Shown here: one piece after another, positions 40,238 to 49,266 of the stretch
Numbering within the stretch: the first letter of the stretch is position 1
Layout: each line of letters starts with the position of its first letter
From: Candidatus Dormiibacterota bacterium
GTDB lineage: Bacteria; Chloroflexota; Dormibacteria; Aeolococcales; Aeolococcaceae
Length of the DNA stretch: 64,000 nucleotides
Assembly (NCBI GenBank): GCA_963709585.1
Contig: CAVPXI010000015.1
Span: forward strand, 128,001-192,000
Reading direction: 5' to 3'
The notes under the pieces: generated by a model
The model's input: the letters and a program-made list of their open reading frames with translations, nothing else
Database searches by the model: none
Told to the model about the DNA's origin: nothing
Position numbers and translations under genes: made by a program

Positions 40238-41086
40238 GTGCGCGGCCGCCGCCGCTGGGCCGTCCTGCTCACCGTTGTGGTGGTGTCGCTGCTGTGCGCG
40301 CGCGGCGCGCAGGCGGCGTGGGGAGTGGTCACCAGGAACAGCGGCTCGTCGTTTGCAGCCGGGAACATCGCCGCCCCGACCGGGCTGACCGTCGCCGCGG
40401 TAGCGTCGCCGCCGTCCAACAAGCTGACCTGGACGCTGCCGCCGGCCGCCCAGCGGGGCAACGGCCAGACCGTCACCTCCAGCGTCGACGGCAGCGCCTA
40501 CTCCACCATCGCCACACTCTCCGGAGCTGCGGTCACCGCCACCGACAGCCCGGTTCTCGGCGACACGCTCTACTGCTACAAGGTCACCACCACATGGTCG
40601 CTGTGGACTGCGCCCACCGCCGCCTCGTGCCCGGCGCCGGCAGCGCCGCTCGCCGCCATCAACGCGGGAGGCGCCGCCTCAGGAACCTACGCCGCGGACA
40701 CGGGATTCTCGGCAGGGAGCACCTACAGCACGGGATCGGCCATCGACACCAGCCTGGTGCCCAACCCCGCGCCCCAGTCGGTGTACCAGACCGAGCGCTA
40801 CGGCAACTTCACGTACACCGTGTCTGGCCTGACCGCCAACGCCACCTACCACGTGCGCCTCCAGGAGGCGGAGAACTACTGGAGTGGGCCCGGCAAGCGC
40901 TCGTTCGATGTGAAGATCAATGGCGTCCAGGTGCTGTCCGGCTACGACATCTTCGCGGCCACCGGAGGGCAGTACCGGGCGATCGCGCTGACCTTCGCGA
41001 CCACCGCCGACGCCGGCGGCGCCATCGCCATCCAGTTCATCACCGTCAAGGACAACGCCAAGGTCGACGGCATCGAGATCCTCTAG
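40238..41086 (+). CDS. SipW-type secreted protein with Fn3-like and malectin domains
   Basis: AQA|AW..NSGSSFAAG; AINAGG..YAAD..VYQTERYG..VRL..AE.YW..R.FDV.ING..DIF..GIEI. Confidence 0.85.
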   Translation: MRGRRRWAVLLTVVVVSLLCARGAQAAWGVVTRNSGSSFAAGNIAAPTGLTVAAVASPPSNKLTWTLPPAAQRGNGQTVTSSVDGSAYSTIATLSGAAVTATDSPVLGDTLYCYKVTTTWSLWTAPTAASCPAPAAPLAAINAGGAASGTYAADTGFSAGSTYSTGSAIDTSLVPNPAPQSVYQTERYGNFTYTVSGLTANATYHVRLQEAENYWSGPGKRSFDVKINGVQVLSGYDIFAATGGQYRAIALTFATTADAGGAIAIQFITVKDNAKVDGIEIL

Positions 41087-41209
41087 GCTCGACTGTGACC
41101 GGTCGTGCGGCTGCGCTCAGGCTACGCTGGGCGGCGGCTCGGATGCGCGCCTGGCGCCGCGCGGGGCGGCGGGCTTGGGAGCGGCGGCCTTGCGAGCGCG
41201 CGCAGGCTT

Positions 41210-41587
41210 GTTCGGCGCGGGCGTGAACGCGCAGGGGTGGGGGGCGCGGCTCGCGGTGCGCGAGGGCGTCGAGGTGCGGGCCGAGCAGGCGCTGCAGGTC
41301 GGCCGCGTTGCGGTCGACGATCCAGTGGCCGGCGCGACGCTCCCCTCAAGCACCATGGCGGCCCAGTCGTCCTCGAGGTGATGATGCAGCGTCGGGGGCG
41401 CCGCATAGAAGGGGGGCACAGTCCAGTCGATGACCGAGAACCGACCGGGAGCGGGGGCGTCCGCGGGCAACAAATAGCGCACACGAGCTCCCGTGACGGT
41501 GACCTCGCGGCCCCCATCGGCGGGGACGATGCGAGGTCCATCCGACGTTGGGGGGGCCCATGGCCGAGATGTTACAACCGCGGTCAT
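41210..41587 (-). pseudogene. Chimeric remnant: cupin 5' half joined to a possible alpha/beta-hydrolase 3' end
   Basis: APPTLHHHLEDD..VLEG stops abruptly; AGHWIVDRNAADLQRLL follows in another frame. Confidence 0.45.
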
Positions 41588-41685
41588 GGGCGGGAACAGG
41601 TCGCTCTTTAGGGCATCCTCGTCGGCGATTCTCGTGTTGTCGCAGCGCACGAAACTCCGCTACCACTTCCAAAATGCGTTCTTGG

Positions 41686-41710
41686 CTCTGGTGTGTTAAT
41701 CGTACGCTGG
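41686..41710 (+). repeat. Cassette-boundary site
   Basis: CTCTGGTGTGTTAATCGTACGCTGG; 23/25 to 32297-32321. Confidence 0.75.
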
Positions 41711-41737
41711 CGGGGAATCCTTCGCGGCGAGACCCCC

Positions 41738-42466
41738 ATGGCGATAGCGCCGCGCCTCGGCCGAAGGCTCTTTGCGCTCATTCCAAGTCCCTGGCGCTGC
41801 AAGTTCTGCAACGCTCCATTCTGTGGACCCTATGCCGGTACCTTTCGTCGCATTGGCTACGCGCCCTCGCGCAAGAACCCGAACATCTGCGCACGCTGTA
41901 TCGAATCCGCGCCTGAAGGTGGCGCGGTCGTACCGATCAGTGTGCTCTTCGCCGACGTCCGCGGCTACACGTCTCTCACCGAGCGGACATCGAGCGTCGA
42001 GGTGACCACGCTGCTCAATCGTTTCTATGCGGCCTCGTCGCGCGCTCTGCTCGCCCACGAGGCCGTCCTGGGCCAGATCGCCGGTGACGAGGTCATGGCG
42101 TTATTCGTCCCTGGGTTTGCCGGACCAGGGTATCCGCGCAAGGCCATAGACGGTGCGTGCTCGCTACTACACGCAATGGGCTACGGAACGCCAGAAGGCA
42201 ACTGGCTCGATGTCGGCGTGGGTATCTGTTCCGGTGAGGAGTACGTCGGCAACGTCGGCGGCGGCGGGTTCAAAGACTTCACCGCTCTCGGCGACGTGAC
42301 CAACACCGCCGCTCGCCTTCAAGCGCAAACCAAAGGTGGCGAGGTCCTGCTGTGCGCAGCTACGTACAATGCGGCAGCCGACGCCTGTGCTGGCGCTGAG
42401 CTCAGACAACTCTCTCTCAAGGGGAAGGCGGAGCCGGTTGCCGGATACCTGATCCGCGTCCCGTAG
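41738..42466 (+). CDS. Class III adenylate/guanylate cyclase with N-terminal CxxC...CxxC
   Basis: CKFC..CARC, LFADVRGYT, GDEVMA, GDVTNTAARL. Confidence 0.9.
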   Translation: MAIAPRLGRRLFALIPSPWRCKFCNAPFCGPYAGTFRRIGYAPSRKNPNICARCIESAPEGGAVVPISVLFADVRGYTSLTERTSSVEVTTLLNRFYAASSRALLAHEAVLGQIAGDEVMALFVPGFAGPGYPRKAIDGACSLLHAMGYGTPEGNWLDVGVGICSGEEYVGNVGGGGFKDFTALGDVTNTAARLQAQTKGGEVLLCAATYNAAADACAGAELRQLSLKGKAEPVAGYLIRVP

Positions 42467-43039
42467 CCTGCACTGGGAGCGATATGACGGGCCAGTGGTC
42501 TCTTGCGACAACCTCCAGTCGCTCTACGGGTTGCCGTCGTCCTGGTTCGCGTTGACTAAACGGGCGCCGGACGACCTCCCTCTTGACTTGAATTGAGCAA
42601 CGAAACTTGGAGGACGCTCGCGGAGGGCGAGTATCTTGGATATCCGCGCGCGCTCTCCGCTCAAGGGCTAGTCGAAGAAAATGGGAGCTGCGCTCGCCAA
42701 CCAGGTCATGCCGCGTTAGGTTCACCAAACCTAGGCTGGAGCGTTGCGATTCACCGGTGATTGATCATGCGATTGCCTCCCTCGGCCTGACTCTCAAGTG
42801 AAAAGACACCTTCCCTGTCACCTACGCGCGGCGATCCTCGGCGGTCGAGTGAGAGGATGCTCGTGTGTAATAGAGCGATGTTCCGTGAGGACATATTGAC
42901 CTTGCGTCGACCGTAACGGGTGAGCGCCGAAGCAGATGTGGGGGTCCGTTCAGACCCGAGTTGGCTCGTTAATCTGGAGCGTGCCACCCCGGCTTAGGAA
43001 CGCGTGATCCGAGCGGATTTCAGCGACAGCCTCGGGGGT

Positions 43040-43522
43040 GTCGGCCTCGTCGGAGAGCGGTGCCGGTTGATCGTCTGGGCGTTGCGCAATCCGCCCGCCC
43101 AGGTCGGATGCGTCTCGTGGAGCTCGGGCCGAGCGGTGCAGAGCAGGAGCAGCGGCACCCCTGTGGACCAGTCGTCCAGGTGCTCGAGGAAGGCGAGCAT
43201 CGGCCGGCGGTGCAGCGCGGAGTCCTTCAACGCCTGGCGACGCTTCCTCGAGGGGCTGGCCGCGCAAAACCCCACCGTGCTCGTGGTCGACGATTTTCAC
43301 TGGGCGGATGCGATCGCCAGCTGCTGGCCGGCGCGCTCGAGGAGGTGCCCCCCCGAACTCAGTGCAGGCACTGATCGCCGCCCGCCTGGACACGCTCTCC
43401 GCGGACCGCAAGAGCCTGCTCCAGGACGCGGCGGTGATCGGCAAGGTGTTCTGGGCGGGGGCGCTCGCCCGCATGGGCGAGCGCGACCCGCGGGACGTCG
43501 AGCTCGCCCTCCACGAGGTGGT
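43040..43522. pseudogene. Scrambled fragments of a cyclase-AAA-TPR gene on both strands
   Basis: + strand AWRRFLEGL..VVDDFHWAD and QALIAARLD..QDAAVIG; - strand LAFLEHL..LCTARPEL..PTW. Confidence 0.75.
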
Positions 43523-43904
43523 ACTCAGACTGTGGTCGCCCGGTCCGGTGTATTGGGATCGGCGCAGTGAGTTGAAATGGGTTCCCCGCCAGCGTCGCGT
43601 TGGACGGCCCTGCCGTTATCTGCAACATGTGGTCGTGACCCTGCGCGAAGGTCTCATAGGTCATGCTGGGCACCGATTGGATGAGCTCACCGGCCTCAGC
43701 CGCTAGTCCGGTCAGGGTGACGTTGATCGTCAATCGCGCGATGCCCGTGGCGGTTGAGGGAGTTGCGCGGGGTACCGTGGTACTGCCGCCGCATGCAGCG
43801 ATGCCGAGAGCGCTCCACGCCGAGACTGCTGCAACCAATGCACGCGATCGGATTAGTCGCCGGGCCACAGCGCGCACACCCCACAGCGGGCCCACCGGCG
43901 TCAT
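43523..43904 (-). pseudogene. Truncated paralog of the adjacent lipoprotein
   Basis: GIAACGG..VTLTG..GELIQSV..NATLAGNPF, then a frameshift and truncation. Confidence 0.7.
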
Positions 43905-44537
43905 TTAGCTGGGCAGAGACCTGCACGTCCACGCGAGCATCCCGTTTTCGTTCTCGGTTCCAAGTCCACCGATCCCATGCACCCAGTCGAGGAATGTGAA
44001 CGAACCCGACCCGTCGTCGTTGACCGTCGCGGCTTCTTCGGACTGGAGAAATATCTTGAAGGTCTCCGGCGCGCTCGCCGGGCCGACCGTGACCGCGGTC
44101 GTGAACTGATTTCCTCCAAAGCCTTCCGTGTCCAAGCTGTAATCCCCCGGCCCCGCGTATTGGGCTATCGGCGCCGTGAGGTGGAAGGGATTGCCCGCCA
44201 GCGTCGCATTGGCCGGTCCGGACGGTATCAGGAACGTGTGGCTCCGACCCTCCGCGAACGTCTCGCAGGTCGTGCCGACAACCGACTGGATCAGCTCGCC
44301 CGTTTCAGCTACTGCCCCAGTCAGGGTGACCTTGATCGCTAGCTGCGCGGTGCCCATGACAGCTGAGGGGGTTGGCGTGGGGGCGCTTGTACTTCCGCCG
44401 CACGCAGCGATGCCCACGGCGATCCACAATACGGCGGCCGTCATCGAGGCACCCGATGAGAATCGTCGCCAGGCCGAAGCGCAGACGCCGCAGCGGGATC
44501 CGTTCTCTTCGGCGCGACGGGCGTACCGCTCGACCAT
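43905..44537 (-). CDS. Putative lipoprotein
   Basis: Lipobox IAAC; beta-rich domain ending WTC; start may instead be 44444. Confidence 0.7.
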   Translation of the reverse strand: MVERYARRAEENGSRCGVCASAWRRFSSGASMTAAVLWIAVGIAACGGSTSAPTPTPSAVMGTAQLAIKVTLTGAVAETGELIQSVVGTTCETFAEGRSHTFLIPSGPANATLAGNPFHLTAPIAQYAGPGDYSLDTEGFGGNQFTTAVTVGPASAPETFKIFLQSEEAATVNDDGSGSFTFLDWVHGIGGLGTENENGMLAWTCRSLPS

Positions 44538-44773
44538 GAGCTTCCTAGACCTCCGTGAGACAGGATAATCGTCGTGAATCCAGCCAGTCACGACTATGCC
44601 TGCCATGCTCAGTAGGGGCTGTCAGCCAGTGGACAGTGAATGTGTCGGCAACTAGACTGACAATGGCGTCCTATTTCCCTGAGGATCCAGCCTATGACTA
44701 GACGATGCCCGTGGGGTCATCGTCAACCTGTGTCGCTGACACGGCTCGGGGATGGATGACGGTGGGAGGGCTT

Positions 44774-46445
44774 ATGGGACTCTCGGCTGTGCCCATCCTC
44801 TCGGACAACCCTCTCGTCCGCGCCGCCGCGCGCGTCCCTGCGACCGTCCAGCGCAAGCTCTTGGTGGCATTCGCAATCGTCGTTGCTCTACTCGTTACGG
44901 TCGGTGTTCTGGGTCTCAACGTCTTGAGTCAGTCCAACACTCGCGTCGACGCACTTGGGCAACTGCCACAACGGCTCGCTGCGTATCAGCAGCTCCTCGT
45001 GGACACCGGCAAACTTGGTGGGTTCATGACCGAGCGGGATTTCGTTGTCGGTTGTCTTCCGCCGGAGCCGACCCATTGTACGGCGACGCCGTATACGGAT
45101 GGCGTCCCTGCCCTTAACCGGACGGACGGGGAGATCACCGCAACGCTTGACCTGATGGCTCCGCTGACAAACGTCACCGAGCTGGGGTTCGTGCTCCCGG
45201 CTGACGAGAACGCCATCTTCGCAGCGATCCGCTCGGAATATATCTCGCTTGCTCCAGCCATGATGCAGTTGATCGTCGGCGACGATCACGGCAGCTACGT
45301 CAACAATCAGCCGCAGTCGGATCAGCTGAGCGACGGCTACGGCCACGGACTTTACCCAAATGCCAAACAACTGGTGATCCTGACTTCGAGCGTCTGAATC
45401 AACTCTAGTCGCGCAGGACCACGATTCGAACCTGGCCTCGCAACACCTCTTCATCGGTGTCGCAGCTGGAAGCGCGGCCCTGGCACTAATCCTCGGCGTC
45501 GTTCTTTCGTGGGCGATTGTGGGTCCGATCAAGAAGATGCGGTCTCGCCTTGCTGCGATCGGCTCTGGGGATTTCTCAGAACATGTCAACGTCGACAACC
45601 GCGATGAACTCGGAGCGCTCGCCGCCGATCTCAATCGAATGAACGACGAGGTGAGGCGGCTATATGAGGAGGTGGAAGCCGCGAGCAAGCATAAGTCGGA
45701 CTTCCTCGCCAACATGTCACACGAGCTGCGCACACCGCTCAATGCCGTGATCGGATTCTCCGAGGTGCTGGAAGGCCGCCTCTTCGGTGAACTCAACGAC
45801 AAGCAGGCCGAGTACGTGACCGACATCCACACCTCGGGGCGCCATCTGCTCACCCTGATCAACGACATCCTTGATCTCTCCAAGATCGAGGCGGGCCGGA
45901 TGGATTTGCAGGTCACCAGCTTTTCGTTGCCAGAGGTGCTGCAGAATGTGGAAGCGCTCTTGCGCGAACGCGCAACTCGCCAAGGCATCAGCCTTGGCCT
46001 CGAGGTCGACCCGAGCACCGGAGTCATCGAAGCCGACGAGCGGATGGTCAAGCAGGTGCTCTTCAACCTGCTCTCCAACGCATTGAAGTTCACACCGAAA
46101 GGCGGTCACGTCGACGTCGCGGCGCATACGGAGGGCAAGGAGGTGGTCGTCAGCGTGCACGATGACGGCGTTGGTGTCGATCCGGCGGATCAAGCACGGA
46201 TCTTTGAGGAGTTCCAACAGGTCGGGACTTCCAATCTTCAGGAGGGCACCGGTCTTGGCCTCGCGATCTCGCGGCGTTTCGTCGAGCTCCACGGCGGCAG
46301 CCTCCGAGTTGAGAGCGAGGCGGGCCAGGGCAGCACGTTCACCTTCACGATTCCGAGAACGCAGGGTTCCGCAGCGACAACAGAGAGTGCAGGATCACCT
46401 CCGGAAGTGGCTGGGGCGCCAGCGTCTACCGCGGCACTCTCGTGA
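44774..46445 (+). pseudogene. HAMP-domain sensor histidine kinase, frameshift near 45385
   Basis: TM-sensor-TM-HAMP (DELGAL), FLANMSHELRTPL, NLLSNA, GTGLGL. Confidence 0.88.
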
Positions 46446-46838
46446 CCACCCTCGCCGAGGATCGGCTGGTCCTCATCATCGAAGACAACGAGAAGAATCT
46501 CAAGCTCGCCCCGCGATCTCCTGCGCTACCACGGTTTCCGCACGATCGAAGCATCGGATGCCGAGACCGGCCTCCAGCTGGCGTCAGATTCGACGCCCGA
46601 CATCATCCTCATGGATATCGAACTGCCGGGCATGGACGGCGTGACGGCGTTAGAACGGCTGCGGGCTGATCCAGCCACAGCCGCCATCGTCGTGGTCGCC
46701 TTCACCGCGTCAGTGATGCCGGTCGACGGCGACCGGTTCTCGCGCCGGTTTGCCGGGGTCATCGTCAAGCCGATCGAGGTCACCGCGCTCCCGAACCAGG
46801 TGCTTGCGTACTGCAATGGGTCGGCGAGAGGAGACTGA
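46442..46838 (+). pseudogene. Single-domain response regulator, +1 frameshift near 46510
   Basis: LIIEDN.. then DIILMDIELPGMDG..KP. Confidence 0.85.
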
Positions 46839-47851
46839 TGGATCGCGCCGCCCGGTTGCTTGTCATCGACGACACCCCGCAGAATGGGCGGCTCCTCGAG
46901 GCCCTGCTGACACCGCACGGTTACACAGTCGCGCTGGCGTATTCGGGCGGCGAGGGACTGGAAAAGCTCCACTCTGAGCCGCCCGACCTGGTGCTCCTCG
47001 ACATCCTCATGCCTGACATGACGGGGTACGAGGTCTGCCGGCAACTCCGCGAGAATCCCGCGACCCGACTCCTCCCGGTCGTGATGCTGACGTCGAGCGG
47101 CGACCAGGACAAGGTCAACGCCATCGAAGCGGGTGCCGACGACTTCATCGCTCGACCGCTCAATCCGCAGGAGCTGCTGAGCCGCGTGCGCTCGCTGCTG
47201 CGGATCAAGGAGTATCACGACACCATTCAGGCGCAGGCCGCAGAGCTTGCCGAATGGAACCGCACCCTTGAGGCGCGCGTGCGCAGTCAGGTTGCACAGC
47301 TTGAGGGTCTCGATCGCCTTCGCCGCTACTTCTCGGCGCCGGTCGCCGACGTCATCATGTCCGGCGCCGCGCAGATGCTCGAGCCGCATCGACGCGAGGT
47401 CACCATCCTCTTCTGCGATCTGCGCGGCTTCACGGCCTTCGCTGCCGTCGCGGAGCCCGAAGACGTGATGTCGGCGCTCAGCCAGTTCTACGAAGCGGTT
47501 GGCGAATTGATCCTTCGTTTCGAGGCAACGCTCGAACAGTTCGCGGGCAACTCGATCATGGCCATCTTCAACGACCCAATGCCATGCACTGCGCACACCG
47601 CTACGGCGGTGGGCATGGCGCTCGAGGTTCGCCAAAGGATGCGAGTGCTGTCCGACGACTGGCGCCGTGCCGGCTTCGATCTTGACGCGAGGGTCGGCAT
47701 TGCGCAGGGGTACGCGACCCTCGGTCGGGTCGGATTCGAGGGACGGTTCGACCTTGCGGATGGGGCGCTCCTCGGGTGGAATCAACTCGGCCTGGTCAAA
47801 GTGCAGCGCGATGATCCGCTTGCTTCCGCAGGTCGCACACGTCATCGCTAG
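46838..47851 (+). pseudogene. Response regulator-adenylate cyclase, C-terminally truncated after ~47752
   Basis: REC domain, LFCDLRGFT, GFEGRFD then unrelated sequence; NxAARL motif absent. Confidence 0.8.
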
Positions 47852-48010
47852 CCGCCGAGGGCTACGAAGCGCCACAGTATCGCGAGGCTACACGCCGTCG
47901 GCTGACCTGTCCGTGCGCTGGCGCACCTAACTGCGTGGTGCGTCAAGTATGTCATTGCCCAAATCTGTGGTCTTATTGCGCTCGCAAGGTGCAGACTTGT
48001 ATTCAAATGG

Positions 48011-48086
48011 TGGTGCCGAGGGACAGAATCGAACTGTCGACACCAGGTTTTTCAGACCTGTGCTCTACCAACTGAGCTACCTCGGC
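48011..48086 (-). tRNA. tRNA-Phe (GAA)
   Basis: GCCGAGGTAGCTCAGTTGG..CT-GAA-AA..GTTCGATTC..CTCGGCACCA; 76 nt cloverleaf with CCA. Confidence 0.97.
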
Positions 48087-48166
48087 GATCCGCGACGCAG
48101 TGTACCGGCACCTCACGCCCTTCCCATGGCGCGTTTGGTCCACTGAAGCGCCCGTACAATCAAAGC

Positions 48167-48793
48167 ATGGCCCGGGTCATCCACGTTCGCGTGCGCGGGG
48201 TCGCAGCAGCCGACCGGGATCGATTACAGGACCGGTTCGCCGAGCTCATCAGCGGCCGGGAATGGCGCGACCAGCTTCCCTGGCTGGCCGATGCCGGATC
48301 GACCGACCTCTTCGCCCAACTCTTCTTCGATCAGGCGCTGGCGGCCGATCTCCGCGACGACCCGCCCGCGGACGACCTCGCCGCGGCGGGCTTCATCCGC
48401 GTCGCCGGCGACGAGACCGACGCGCTCGCCCTTGTGTTCGTCCTCCGCGACATCTCCGAGCGCTTTTCATGCCGGGTCGGTGTTCGCGACCCCGACAACC
48501 CGATCGCCAAGCTCCGTGTCGTCGACCTCGTCAGCGGCCGGCTTGCTGACCAGCGAGCCCTCGAATCGATTCTCGTCCGCAGGCCGATCTTCAAGCGGAT
48601 GCGGGACGGCAACCGGATCGAGATGTACCCACCGCGCGCGCTCGGCAGCGCCTTCGGCACGACCGAAGGGGCCGATGGCGAGCGCCGGGCCTGGAGCTTT
48701 CTCGTGCACGGCATGCGCGATTCCCGCCCCAACTTCCTCGAGGCCGAGGCGGAAGCCATCCGCATCTGGCGCGGGCTGCGCTTCCTCGAGTGA
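48167..48793 (+). CDS. Hypothetical protein
   Basis: High-GC3 ORF; TACAAT 6 nt before ATG; GTGA overlap with dtd. Confidence 0.75.
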   Translation: MARVIHVRVRGVAAADRDRLQDRFAELISGREWRDQLPWLADAGSTDLFAQLFFDQALAADLRDDPPADDLAAAGFIRVAGDETDALALVFVLRDISERFSCRVGVRDPDNPIAKLRVVDLVSGRLADQRALESILVRRPIFKRMRDGNRIEMYPPRALGSAFGTTEGADGERRAWSFLVHGMRDSRPNFLEAEAEAIRIWRGLRFLE

Positions 48794-49257
48794 GGGCGGT
48801 CGTCCAACGGGTCAACCGAGCCAAGGTCGACGTGGGGGCCGAGACCGTGAGCGCCATCGACGCAGGGCTGTGCGTCCTGCTGTCAGTCGGCCCACACGAC
48901 GACGAGGCGGTGGCGGAACGGCTCGCCGGCCGCATCGCGACCCTGCGGATCTTTCCGGACGCAGCCGGGCGCATGAACCTCGACCTGGCAGCCTCCGGCG
49001 GCGCGGTCCTGGTGGTGAGCCAGTTCACGCTCCACGCCGACACCTCGCGTGGGCATCGCCCCTCGTTCGTCCGCGCCGCAGCTCCCGACCGAGCGGCCGA
49101 GCTCTACGAGGCGTTCGTGGCCGCTCTCCGGCACCTCGGCCACCACGTCGAAACCGGCAGCTTCGGCGCGCACATGGCAGTGGACCTGGTGAACGATGGC
49201 CCGGTCACCCTGGTCCTCACCAGCGGCGAGCCGGACTGGCCCGCCGACGCAGGGTAG
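48790..49257 (+). CDS. dtd: D-aminoacyl-tRNA deacylase
   Basis: RAVVQRV, VSQFTL, NDGPVT. Confidence 0.96.
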   Translation: MRAVVQRVNRAKVDVGAETVSAIDAGLCVLLSVGPHDDEAVAERLAGRIATLRIFPDAAGRMNLDLAASGGAVLVVSQFTLHADTSRGHRPSFVRAAAPDRAAELYEAFVAALRHLGHHVETGSFGAHMAVDLVNDGPVTLVLTSGEPDWPADAG

Positions 49258-49266
49258 GGCGCGGGA

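Larger units (their letters stand above)
28796..48010. mobile_element. ~19.2 kb genomic island integrated at tRNA-Phe; no integrase recognised
   Basis: Bounded by the tRNA-Phe direct repeat; patchwork cargo, gene fragments and repeated intergenic sites. Confidence 0.75.

Noticed and set aside
29583-41710. Boundary sites as a CRISPR array, attC or dif/pdif
   Set aside because: Spacing is hundreds to thousands of bp; there are no RYYYAAC/GTTRRRY ends, no XerD arm, and no cas or intI gene.
42500-43000. Lower-GC segment as an integrase or transposase remnant
   Set aside because: No recombinase or transposase motif was seen in the frames I translated; left unannotated.
45561-45570. GGCTCTGG hits inside genes (also near 4503 and 55625)
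   Set aside because: They lack the right-hand YGnACG-CTGG arm and represent background frequency of the short word.
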